DNA from: Heteronotia binoei
Lineage: Eukaryota
Assembly (NCBI RefSeq): GCF_032191835.1
Contig: NC_083229.1
Location: 81,468,001-81,532,000 of the forward strand
Reading direction: 5' to 3'
Length of the DNA: 64,000 nucleotides
Part shown: positions 24,945-36,884 of the stretch, in pieces
Numbering within the stretch: the first letter of the stretch is position 1
How the letters are laid out: each line of letters opens with the position of its first letter
Position numbers and translations under genes: made by a program
Notes under the pieces: model-generated
The model's database searches: none
Seen by the model: only the letters and a program-made list of their open reading frames with translations
What the model was told of the DNA's origin: nothing

Positions 24945-27900
24945 AGGAAGCAAATGTTGTGGGAGATTAACCGAGAAGTGGCAAGGCAGGGGACATTTTA
25001 TTCATGGAGCCAGGAGTGAGCATGATGAACACTGAAAATATGAGCAATAAATCAAAAACCAATACCAATGAACATCCCCATAGATTGAATAGTATGCACA
25101 CCCATTATAAACAAAGGAGAATGATAGGGAGGGAAAAGTGCAAAAATAAACTTGTACGCAAAGATGCACACTAATAAATGTTTCTGCCCATGGAAAATGA
25201 GGTGTCAGGATAAGTGTGCTAGAACTCTAAGCACGAATTATAAAACTTGGGCTTTACCACTGAATTATAGCCCCTTTCTAAATGACTAGTGTGACCAGAT
25301 ATACAGAAACCATTCATGGGCCCAAAGTGCAACTGACAACAGTTATACTAGAGCTACAATAGTGTCATTATAGTGTCAGTATGCCTCCATGGCTCTGAAG
25401 TTTAGGTTACTAAATGTAAAGTGATTCAATGAAACTGAATTTTGGGGAGTCTATTCCCACCACATGATAATTCTGTATCCTACCCTTATGGCTATCCATC
25501 TCTTTCTAGCTCTAGTACTCTTATGACTCATCTCAGGCTGTGATACTGAATGAGAGCCATCAGATTGATACTAGAGGAAAAGGGAGAAATGGGAATCTTC
25601 TTGAAACCAAGATCTGTCTGGTTGTAAAGGGAAGGAAGTATGTGTTGCAAACTGTATTACACATATCATGTAGACAGGTTATAAGTTGTTCAGTTTTAGC
25701 TCTTACAATACTGACTGAAGTTCATTTGGCAGTTCCTCAGTGATGCTCCTTCCTGAGCAATGTTTTAATTGTTGCTTTTTAGAAATGTCTTTTTACATAT
25801 TTAACTTGGTTTTTACATTTGCTTTAACAATGTGTGTTGGGCATTGGATTTTAATGGTTCTAAAATGTGCTTTGATTATGTACATTTGAAATTGTTAGAT
25901 GCCCTTGTGAGGGCAGAATATAAGGTTTTTAAAATGTGTAAATGAATAAAAAATAGTAAAGAGTTTTACTTCACCACAGTAAGGAAGGGGGGATCTGTAT
26001 TTCTAGGAAATTAGGATGCATATTTGTAGAATTACATTTTTTTTAAAACAAAGAGGACAACTGTTCAGAACTGCTTATAGTCTTAGTAACCAAAAGTTAT
26101 CCCTTTGGGAAAGAGGCTGCAGCCTGAATTGTGACACGATAACTCAAACAATAAGTGCTGTTCATAACTGAATTATCAACATAAAATATATTTTGAGATT
26201 ATATATTGAAACTTTTTTTCTCATACTGTGAGGTGATCTTTCCTAAAGAAGTACAATAATTGTGGACTAGAAGTGTTCCAAATTAATATGTATGCCTATC
26301 GAAGTTTCATGTATTTTTGTGTTTACAATTTAAGCAAATCACAGATTTGCCTGAAGCTACTTAGGCATCATGCTATCAGAAGTAAAGACACAAGTTCTTT
26401 TGCTTCCTCAGCTTGTAAGAAAAGTAAGTAAGCTTGTAAGTAAGAAAAGTACAGTGAGAAGTCCACTGAGCAAGCAGGATTTTAAAAATAAATACATTAA
26501 TATTACTTTAGGTTAAAGAAGAAGAGACAAAGTAACAGACAGTATAGTAGAAGGGCAGTGTAGCAAAAAGAGGTACAAAGAGTAAAAGGAGGGACTGGTA
26601 TTTATTTATGTAGAAATTTACGTGCTGCTCCTCTAGAGAGCTGCTTGAGGAGGAGCAGGTATAAAAGGACAGGCCAACTAAAAATGCCTAAAGACAAATT
26701 AAAAACACAGCCTTGAGGCACATCTTCAAGACAGAGCATGGAGAACACTAGGAAAAAACCATCCAAGACTGAATTTATGATTGGGGTAGTTGCTAGAATA
26801 GTGAAATTATGAGCAGTTACTGCAACTTATTTCTATGGCCCAGTGCACTGGATTGGTCACCAATCAGGAAGAAATAGTCTTTTCAGCTTGGTCAGATTGA
26901 TTGTTATGTTAACACCATTTAGTTTATAGTTATTACATTGTTTTGTAAATTGCAGGTCTGACACCACCCACATACCATGGATTTTTGAAAGAAATTCTGC
27001 TGCATTGTGTAACTTTCTAGTTGTAACAAGGTCTTATCAGAATGTTGTCAAATGTGTTTCAAATTTGGCTGTAGGGTATGCAGATGTGCCTTCATTGAAA
27101 GTACAGTTGTTTAACATCTAAATTTTTTTCCATGAGCTTTTCATTTTGGAACTTTTATATCACTAATTCAAAGTAACAAGGAGATATATAAAAAGCAGTT
27201 AATGAAAAGAATAAGTAATCATGAAGATAATACTCAAATATGGATACTATTTTTGACAGCCATTACATCCTGTGTTTTCTGTAATATATTTTTAAAAGCT
27301 GTATCTGGTTATTTAGCAAGAACTTCCTTCAACATTATGTTTCTGCTATCCAGCTTCTCTGTGGTCACTCCATGGGTTGAGTCAGGAAACAATTTTGCAA
27401 GCATTTATATGGCTGTAAGCCATGTATGCGTCAACCATTTTGCACATTTAAAAGAAACTTTTCCATCTCCTTACTGCTGTTTAAACTTTTGTACAGCTAC
27501 CCACTGAAACTTTTTAAAAGTCATCTGTTTAACAAAAAGGTGTGTCTGAACATTTTTTGGAACCCATGACCTGAAATCTAGTACAAGGTATGGTTTCTTT
27601 TAGTTCTCTTAATAAAAATAAAAAGCCTTTTCTTGCTTTTTATGAATTTTAAAAATTATATTTATAGCCAGGAAATCTGCATTCTGCATCAATAGAACCT
27701 ACTTTTGAGCAAATATACTTTGTAATCCTATTGTCCCATTAGAGAGCCAAATGATGCTAAGTTCCTGTTCTACAATCTTATGAAAATATACTGGTGCGAA
27801 CATAATGACACAACAACTTACTAGCACTATAATGATGCCAGCCCCAGTCCCACTTTGTCAGCAGAAGTGCCAGAATATGTTGTCACCAGGAGCATTTCAA

Positions 27901-28863
27901 GAGATAACCAAGACCTCAATCCCACACCTGGCACTGGCAAAACAATAGGCTGTTACATGAGATAATATGTTAAAGCACTCCCATTTAACTCAGCTGAGAC
28001 AAAAAATTCTGTGGTATGGGGGGATTCCAAACCATTTTGTGAGGACCATTTTATGATTAGACCTGAGATGTATTGCTGGCCTTCCCTGCCCTGATTTTTT
28101 GTTGATGTTTCTCTTGATTGTTGCATAAGTCCCTGTTTTTACAGACTTTACTTTTAAAGTTTACTCCTCATCCCAGTAAATTTCCAATTTTTTAAAATTG
28201 TGGGGTGATATATATGTGGAATGTATTAAGCTATTTTTAAAAACTCAAATAAAAATATACACAAAAATTGCTGTTTGGGGTCATTACGATGATTTCCCAA
28301 ACTGTAAACACAGATCTGGGACTCTTAGGCATTACAAAACACATATCCCTGAAAAAATCTGTCTGTCTTCATCATCTGCAGGTTCTTGCTTTTGTTCTTC
28401 TGATTTCCTAGGCAATAGCATTTCTTGTTTCAACCCCCCCCCCCCAACCTCTCATGTTCCAGTCTATTGTACTTGTGAAGATATGACAGGATTATTTTCT
28501 TTAAACATGCAAGTGGTCTTTCCCCCAGGAAGCACCTTCCTGAGGGCACTTTCTTTGGAGGGGGGGGGGCATAACTCAGACCCTGTAAATCCAGTCCTCA
28601 CCAAACGTAGTGGGGGCAGGTAGAAGAGAGTCAGACAGAGGTCTCTTGTGAGTTTGATGTCTCTAGCATGCCGGGGGGCATTCTATTACTTCATGAACCT
28701 CGCAAATGGAATGGGTTTGTGAAGTGGCTAAAAGTTTGTGACAGCTTGTAGCTTGCAAACAGGACATTGAATTTTTCTGGCTTGTGTCCATCCCTAGTCA
28801 TATTTGCCCCTGGATCTAGAGAGCTGAGGTCTCACTGCTCTGCTGCTGTGGACCAGACTCTCG

Positions 28864-29010
28864 CAGGGGTGTCGAACATGCAATTCAGGGGCCGAATCAG
28901 GCCCCAGGAGGGCTCCTATCAGGCCCCTGAGCAATTGGCTGTCATCTGCTTTCTTCCCCCTCTCTCTTGCTTCCTTCTGCATAACAGCTTGCTTTGCAAG
29001 GCTTGCTCAA
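28864..29010. mobile_element. hAT non-autonomous element end fragment (same family as 43737-44681, opposite orientation)
   Basis: TIR CAGGGGTGTCGAAC; the sequence is the reverse-complement homologue of about 44530-44681. Confidence 0.8.
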
Positions 29011-30174
29011 ATGAGGGTAAAGGGATGGACTGGCCAAGCATGTCTCCAGACCTAAACCCTATTGAGCATCTGTGGGGCATCCTGAAACAGAAGGTAGAGG
29101 TGCGCAAGGTCTCTAAAATCCACCAGCTAGTGATATCATCATGAAGGAGTGGAAGAGGACTCCAATGGCAACCTGTGAAGCTCTGGTGAACTCTATGCCC
29201 AAGAGGGTTAAGGCAGTGCTGGAAAATAATGGTGGATACACAAAATATAGACACTTTGGGCCCCATTTGGGCATTATCACTTAGGGGTGTACTCACTTTT
29301 GTTGTCAGCAGTTTAGACATTAATGGCTGTGTGCTGCGTAAGTTTGAGGGGACAGCACATTCACACTGTTATACAAGCTGTAGACTCATTACTTTACATT
29401 GTAGCCAAGTGTCATTTCTTAAGTGTTGTCACACGAAAAGATATACCATATTTTTCGGACCATTAGACGCATCTAGTTTTTAGAGGAGGAAAACAGGAAA
29501 AAATTTTTTGAAGCTGTGCACCCAGATCTGGGCACCTTCCCCCTCTCAATCCTGCCTCTGATCCCAGCCCTTGCTAGAAGCAGCAGCTGAAGCCTGGCAG
29601 ACAGGCACAGAGGAAGCCCCCCCCTCCGCAAACCCAGCGCTTCGCAAAGCGCTGCGTTTGCGGAGGGGGGGTGATTCCTCTCTGCCTGGCTTCAGCTTGT
29701 GCTGATAGCAAGGGCTGGGATCCGAGGCTTGGCTGCCTCCGAACCCAGCCCTTGCTATCAACAGAAGCTGAAGCCACGCAGACAGGGAAAGAGGAAGCCC
29801 CCCCCCTTGCAAACCCAGCGCTTCGCAAGCGCTGGCTGTGGAGGGGGCGGCGTGCTTTCTCCCTGCTTGCCTGCCTGGCTTCAGCGCTGATGCTTAAAGC
29901 AAGCGCTGGGATCGGAGGGCGGAGGGAGCGATCCTGGCGCTTGCTGTAAGCGTCAGAGCTGGAGCGAGGCAGGCAGGGGCGGGAAGCGCCAGGACGGAGG
30001 CAGCGGATCACCCCCCCCCCCCGAGGAAGGTATGTATGGTACCTTCGCTCCATAAGACGCACACACTTTCCCCCCCACTTTTTTGGGAGGAAAAAGTGCG
30101 TCTTATGGTGCGAAAAATACAGTACTTAAATATTTACAAATGTGAGGGGGTGTACTCATTTCTGTGACATACTG
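29011..30174 (+). mobile_element. Tc1 transposon 3' part (transposase C-terminus and right IR/DR end), interrupted at 29446-30122
   Basis: DWPSMSPDLNPIEHLWGILKQKVE..EWKRTPMATCEALVNSMPKRVKAVLENNGGYTKY. Inner and outer direct repeats GGGGTGTACTCA at about 29284 and 30147. Terminus ..ATACTG followed by TA at 30175-30176. Confidence 0.92.
29446..30122. mobile_element. Tc1/mariner-superfamily (Tigger/pogo-like) MITE with a GC-rich palindromic interior
   Basis: TIRs CCATATTTTTCGGACCATTAGACGCA / TGCGTCTTATGGTGCGAAAAATACAG. TA duplicated at 29444-29445 and 30123-30124. Confidence 0.85.
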
Positions 30175-30978
30175 TATATTGGGAAAGGCAGACCTCTGCA
30201 ATGAAAGAGACTAGAGACATTTTTAAATGGAAGCTGAGAATTCAGAGAACTTGTTACACATAGTGTTATAATACTATATAAAAACAACAGTGTTCTCTTG
30301 TTGGTTTTAAGAAACTCAAGAAATCCTTGGTAGCATAAAGAGGAGTGTGGCTGCTGGCAGTGTACTGGGGCTGGGAAACTATGGGGAAACCTGGCAGTCA
30401 CAGTAGCATCAGGGAAGCTACACATGCCATCTAGAAAACACCCAAGTATCTGATAATTGATTTTTAAAATAAACTAGTTTCCCTACAATATCCATGAAAG
30501 AAACCCTACAGCCACTTACAAAGTGCACTGCCAACCCTGGGACTAGTGTCCTGACAATAAAAGAATGGAGCAAACAAGGATATGAGAATGTATTTGGCAT
30601 TATTCTCTTGAGTAAATATATTTTTGGAACCAAATTCTGCTCCACACAAACTTTACTATATCTTGTAGTTTGTTATTGATAAATTTCTTGTATCAATCAT
30701 CACATCTATAGGGCGATTGTCACTCTGGAGCAGCACTCTTTTGCACAAACAAATGTGTCAGCAACAAAATCTATGATCATGCAGTTTGTACAGAGCTATT
30801 CAAGCCTCGTGACAACATTTGTCTGCTTCAGCTGTTAAAGGTTGAAAGAATGTTACCTGTAATATTTACTGCATGTTCAGCTTTATAGTACTCCAAATGG
30901 GTGACCTGAAAAAACTTGTGGAGGACATCTCATTTAACCTTCCCCACTGTTTTCTCTTTCCCTTTCCTGGCATCCCCC

Positions 30979-31953
30979 AAGTTGAATCCAACGAAGACAG
31001 AGGTCCTTTGCTTGGGCCGCGGTGCCCTGGGAAGGGAAATCCCCTTGTCGGTTTTTGACGGTGTGCTGCTGAAAGCGGCCCATAGGGTCAAGAGCTTGGG
31101 GGTTCTTCTGGAGCCTTCATTATCAATGGAGGCACAGATAGCGGCCACTGCCAAGTCCGCGTTCTTTCACCTTCGATGGGCGAAGCAGCTGGCCCCCTTC
31201 CTGGAGCGCCGGGACCTAGTAATGGTGATCCATGCTACGGTCACCTCGAGACTGGACTACTGCAATGCCCTCTACATGGGGCTGCCCTTGTGCCGAACTC
31301 GGTGGCTGCAGCTGGTGCAGAACGCGGCGGCTAGGCTGCTGTTGGGACTCCCAAGATGGGAGCACATACAGCCGGGACTGCGCGGACTGCACTGGCTGCC
31401 AGTGGTGTACTGAGTCCGTTACAAAGTGCTGGTTATCACCTTTAAAGCCCTATATGGCCGAGGACCTGCCTACTGGAGGGACCGTCTCTCCCCATATGAG
31501 CCCCAGAGAGCGCTGAGGTCAGCTGGAAAGAACCAGCTGAATATCCCTGGGCCAAGGGAGGCCAGATTGAAGACCACCCGGGATTGGGCCTTCTCCACTG
31601 CAGCTCCACTGCTGTGGAATCAACTCCCAGAGGAGGTACGGGCCCTACGATGCTTAGACCAATTCCGCAGGGCCTGTAAGACCTACCTCTTCAAAATAGC
31701 CTTCACCTAATACCGAGCCAAGAAAGTGCCACTGGACATGTTTTTAGCTACTGAATTTTACTAAAGACCTAAGTTATAGCACCACAATGTTAATTTTAAT
31801 ACAACTTGTAAATTGATTTAATGATGATTTTATAATTATAATTGTAATCACTATGTATGGTTTTATTGTATATTACATTCGTATGTTGTGAGCCGCCCTG
31901 AGCCTGCCCTGGTGGGGAGGGCGGGATACAAATAAAAAGTATTATTATTATTA
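30979..31953 (+). mobile_element. 5'-truncated L2 LINE
   Basis: KLNPTKTEVL..SRLDYCNALYMGLP..LHWLP..FRRACKTYLF; tail GTGAGCCGCCCTGAGCC..GGGAGGGCGGGATACAAAT(TTA)n. Confidence 0.95.
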
Positions 31954-31989
31954 TAGCCTCTCTTCTTTTTCTGCTTATCTCCTTCCTAC

Positions 31990-32200
31990 CCATCAACCAA
32001 TTTATCTTTAATCTGCACACCTTCAGCTATTTAATTTATTACACTTACACCCTGTCTTTCTCCCAAATGGGGATCCAAAGCAGGTTACATCATTCTCCCA
32101 TCCTTCATTCTCCCAAACAACCCTGTGACATAAGTTAGGTTGCGAATCTGTAACTGATCCAAGGTCATCTAGAGGGCTTTCACAGCTGAGTAGGGATCTG
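31990..32200 (-). mobile_element. MIR/Squam3-type SINE
   Basis: Reverse-complement L2-type tail (CCCAAATGGGGATCCAAAGC) and core (ACAACCCTGTGA..CCAAGGTCA). Confidence 0.65.
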
Positions 32201-32556
32201 AACCCTTGGAGGCCAGGGTGGAACAGGATCTGCAGGCCAGAACAGCCTGTTCTGTCATAGCTTCTATTATTGTTTTTTTTTTGGCGGGGAGGGGTGATTT
32301 TAAGCCCCAGTGTATGAGATTTCAGATTTTCCTGCAAAGTTGGGTCTTTTCACAGGTTTGGAAAAAGATCTGTCTCGTCTGTTCATGGTTCCAGTCTCTG
32401 AATTTAGATTTGGCCATGTTGAGAACTGGATGTATTGATGATGCTGAAATCCTGCCCATACTGCCTTGGGAAAAATTGCCAGTGAACTTAGGAGGACTTA
32501 TTGCCTAGTAAAAAGACACAGGATTGGCTTGGAAAAGTTTACAGTAATGGTGATGT

Positions 32557-32735
32557 GCCTTGACTTGGGAAGCCCCAGGCTAGTCCGATATTGTCAGATT
32601 TTGGTAGTTAAGCAGCATCAAACCTAGATAGGGAGGCCAAGAAATACCAGGGTTGTGATATGGAGGCAGGCAATGGCAAACTATCTCTGAATATCTCTCA
32701 CCTTGAAAGCCCCATGGGGTGACTTGATGGCAAAA
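32557..32735 (+). mobile_element. Decayed 5S rRNA-derived SINE with a Sauria/BovB-like tail
   Basis: GTCCGATATTGTCAGATTTTGGTAGTTAAGCAG resembles the 5S A-box region; GGCAATGGCAAACTATCTCTGAA tail. Confidence 0.55.
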
Positions 32736-33489
32736 CAAATAAAGAAACTGAGATGTATTGGTATTAGTGTGATTTGTTGATAAAATTCTGTAATATGTTA
32801 ATTTACAATACAATTTATTTTTATTTATTTATTTATTTGTAATTTATATCCCGCCCTTCCCACTAGGTGGCTCAGGGCGGCTTACAACATATAAAAACTA
32901 ACATAAAATATATCTTTATTTGGCATGATATGTTAATTTTATTTAATATATTTTAACATGTTGACACACAAATCAGTGTCAATTAAAATTACATTATAAG
33001 GATTCTAAGTGATGCCAGTAAGTTGTGACACTAGAATTCTAACACCCCCCCCTCCCCCAATATCAATGAGGTTAACAATATTACAATTTTCAGAAGGGAA
33101 GTGGAAGAAAAGTTGCCTGGCTAAAAAGGAGTCAAATAATAACAATGCACTCATAAGAACCCTTTCCTGGGAGTAAGCCTTGCTGAATAGGACTCTGAAT
33201 AGGACAGTATTCTTTTAGAGGAAAGAAGAATATATTGGATTTCCAAAGCAGCCCAAAGCAGGGTTATGCCCTCTGTGTCAATTGACTTAAATGGATGGGT
33301 GTGATTTTATTAAGAATTGCACTGTTCGTGAGGTAAGGACTGTGAGGGAAACAGCATAGGGAGAAGGTTATGCTATTGTCCAGCAAGGTGAGGAGGAAAG
33401 ATGGCTAAATCATCTCGCCCTGAGCCTGCCTTGGCGGGGAGGGTGGGATATAAATAAAATTTATTATTATTATTGTAGAACCAGTTAGT

Positions 33490-33840
33490 GTCACTTGTGT
33501 GAGCCTCAAGGTTCCTCTGCTGCACATGGGCTTTCAGTGGTGCCTGGCCCTTAATTTGCCTATGAGTGTGACAAGTGTGAGGCCCTTTTCCATCATGGCC
33601 CTAACCTGGTGGAATACTTTGTCTGAGCAGACTCATGTCCTGTGGGACCTATCTGCATCCACAGGGCATATAAAACAGACTTATTCCACCAGGCATTCCA
33701 CTAATGTAATTTTGGTGCAATCTAATATCAACACTGTTGCTTTTTATGCCAAAAGCATTAGTTTGTGATGTGTTGAGTTTTTAATTGGATTTTATTGAAA
33801 TTATGGTTTTATTATTGTTATTGTACTGTTATATTGTTAT
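33490..33840 (+). mobile_element. Old L2 3' fragment
   Basis: RPFSIMALTWWNTL..; L2-type 3' UTR. Isolated L2 tails also occur at about 18310-18370, 19810-19890 (-), 32815-32895 (-), 33405-33473 and 59930-59990 (-). Confidence 0.7.
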
Positions 33841-34829
33841 GGTTTCTCTAATAACTTTGAAACTTTATAATGTGACTTTCTAATAAAATTGACAGAGCTA
33901 GTAGCTTTGCTTCTCTTTAAGTGGTACATTTTAATAAAGTTCATTTAGCTCAGGGAGCTTTTAAATTAGTTTCCTGTAGGTAAGTCCTTGACTTAGACCT
34001 GGTGAACTATCAAATAAGATAGTTCAATGAGGCTTAGCTCCCATGTAAGTGTTTGTATAACTGCAGCTTTAAAAGCACAAGCTATTATTACAGCAGATGA
34101 ACCAAATCCAAAATCCTACATTAAAATACATTACTTTGTATGGTCCTTCTGAAGTCCGAATCAAAATAAATGTTTGTCTGGCATGGTCAAAAATATTCAG
34201 AGTAAAAGCCTGTGTATTTTCAGCAACCAAGAAACTTATTACTTAATATAATCTGTTTCAACAGCAATGCTTTGATCCTTATGTAGGTGCTGAGTAACTG
34301 TTTCCACTCAGCAACATGCAGTTACTCCAAGTTGAAGCAACAAAAGAGAAGGATGTCACTAATTTTCTTCACCTCAATTTTAATATATGTGTCTTTGTTA
34401 GAAGTAACATGTTTGGGGAGAGGCACACAAGGACTTGCAGAAGCATTTCATTTCCTCACTAGCCATTATTTCCTCTTTCCCTTCCATTAAATCCTCCACA
34501 GCTTCTCCCCTTTCATGGCTCCTTTTTTCCTTCTCACCCAACAGCCAATCTCCCTTTTATTTTCCCGCCTGTATTAAGTTTTCCCTCCTTTCCTGCCCCT
34601 GGCATCCTGTCCTGGGAAACATTTGGCTCATTTGTGCAATGCTGGCTGCCTGGCCAAGTTGTGTGGAGGGAACTCACAAGGATTTGTGAAATGCACCCCT
34701 GTGTCACATGTATCCCTTTCACCACATTATTGCCTCCTTCCCTTGTCCTGGCAACCCTCATAGCTTCACCTTTCCCTGCTTCCTCTCTCCTTCCCACCCA
34801 TGATCATTTTATTCCCCATCTTCAAATCT

Positions 34830-35035
34830 ATTAATTTTTTGCTACATTTATACCTTGCTTTCCTCCCCAATGGGGACCCAAAGCAAGTAATATCATTCGG
34901 TTGTCCTTCATTTAATAACCCTTTAAATTGGCTGCAAATGTTTAACTGGCCCAAGGTCACCCAGTAGATTGGGGATCTGAAACTAGGTCACCCAGATCCT
35001 AGTCTGAAACTCTAACCAGTAAACCATACTGGCTG
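34830..35035 (-). mobile_element. MIR/Squam3-type SINE
   Basis: CCCCAATGGGGACCCAAAGC tail; GGCCCAAGGTCACCCAG core; GGATCTGAAACTAGG head region. Confidence 0.65.
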
Positions 35036-36316
35036 TCATGGGAAGGTGCTGTTGAACAGCAAAAAACAGCTATGCTGGCTAAATCATGCAAATCAAGTAG
35101 TAGCAAGTTGCCTGGTGGTTGCTGCCAGGCCTGACCTCAATGAACCCTCACTCAAAGGCTAAAACAGCTCTGCCCCCTCTCTATGGCTTTTACTGATAGA
35201 AACTAAGGCTAGAAGGCTGGCAATCCTGTGCAATTACCTAGCAACAGCCACTGAGGGTATTTGTTTTTAAAGATACAGGTGCTGCTTCTATTATTTGGGG
35301 AGGGTGTCTGAACTCCTAAGGGGTTTTTGTTGTTGTTGGAGGTGTAAAGATTTCACATTCTTTTGCAAACCTGGGGCTTTTCTCATGTTTGTAGAAATAT
35401 CTGTCTTGTCTCTTCATGACTCCAGTCTCTGGATTCAAGTGTTCTCAGATATGGCCATGTTGAGAATTAGATACATAGGACCCAACAATCCTATGGCAAA
35501 AAATTCAAAACCATTTAAAACCCAAGTAGTTTTACAAATGTACAAACATTCACTGTAAGACTGGTCCATGTATTTTGGTTTACATCCTGCATACTGAAAT
35601 TATAAATTTAAGTGGCATTATTCTGTCCTTGACATGCCAGTTGGATAGGAATAACATTGCTCCAAATATGCTTGAGTTGATGAAGCATGATGGACAGAAC
35701 ATAATATGATTATTGGATAACTGCAGTGCTACAAAATGCCATTGTAGAAAGGGCTTAAACTCAGCAGTCAGGAGTGCAGCAAAGTAGTAGTAGAACTTTG
35801 CTGGAATCTTTTGTTCTAAGGTTAGATCTCGCTAGGTTTGCCTCTTTGCTAACAATGTAATATTATATCAACACAAGTTTTGTAAGTTAAAATGTGTTCC
35901 CCTTGCAGTCACTGGATAGCTCAAAATGACTGCCCCTCCTCCAGCCTTACAGCCACAATCGATAATAAGACTGCAGCTAACTGTGCAGTCAGTTCTAGCA
36001 AATGAAAACTCAGCAAGGAATGCCATATTTCTAATAAGATATTTCAAGTTCCATGCCATACATTATCAGCACAGCAGGGAAAATTCAAGAGGAAATACTG
36101 GAGATAAAAAAATCTAGTGAAAGGATTAAACACATATTCTGTGCTTTGCTTTTATGCAATCATGAGTAAAAGAAAAAGCAGTAAGAACATATTGCTGATC
36201 CAACAGGAACATCAGAGCCACTGTTGCAAGTCAGGGTACAGGTAAGCAGAGGAGAAAGAAACCACCAGCAGTGGTGGGTGACAGTAGGAGTCACCCATCA
36301 AAGCACCTCTTCTTAC

Positions 36317-36554
36317 CTGACCTGGATAGCCCGGGCAAGCCCGATCTCATCAGATCTCGGAAACTAAGCAGAGTCAACTCTGGTTAGTACCTGGATGGGA
36401 GACATCCTTGAAATATCAAGTTGGAAGAAAAGGGGCAGGCTTTATTCAACCACCTCTCTGACTATCCTCTGGGCCCCCAGCAGGGGTCAGTCACCAGAAG
36501 CTGACATGACTTCAAGGTGCAGACACAAACACACACACAAAAATAAAAAAAAAA
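36317..36554 (+). mobile_element. 5S rRNA-derived SINE with a (CA)n + poly(A) tail
   Basis: 36339-36403 (GCCCGATCTCATCAGATCTCGGAAACTAAGCAGAGTCAACTCTGGTTAGTACCTGGATGGGAGAC) aligns to 5S rRNA with A-box and C-box retained. The body is non-5S. A related tail-only copy lies at about 8900-9033. Confidence 0.85.
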
Positions 36555-36884
36555 TCTCTGGCCTCCTTTCCTCCTAGTTGCAGTATGGGGAAACACTGTG
36601 CTGGCAAAACAGTCATGCTTCAGGCAGCAAGAAAAAGTAATTGTAACTCAAGAATAAGCATGCACTATGCAAAAAGCCAAATTGCATGAACAGCCAAGCT
36701 GCAGATTAGCCACCATTAGCTAATACAGGTGAAAGCAATGGTGGCCACAGACACCCTCATGGGTAAATGCTGCTGGTCAAGCACTCATGAACCTTCCCCC
36801 CCCCCCCAGGAAGATCAAACCCAGGAACATGGAGCAGAATGAATATGTAGAAAGACTTTCAGCTACCTATATGAGAGGATTCAA

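Noticed and set aside
27200-27560. 101-aa ORF and a possible minus-strand transposase-like remnant
   Set aside because: No diagnostic motif in any frame that I could identify.
29546-30062. Several ORFs of 60-160 aa
   Set aside because: By-products of the GC-rich palindromic MITE interior.
19120-33330. Short CAGTGCAATCCTA / GCTGCAATCC-type palindromic repeats (about 19120, 20075-20230, 22577, 33250)
   Set aside because: Decayed members of common short MITE-like families; boundaries could not be fixed reliably.
36339-36403. 5S rRNA gene
   Set aside because: Only the central part matches 5S; it lacks the 5S 5' end and the TTTT terminator and is fused to a SINE body. Called a SINE, not an rRNA gene.
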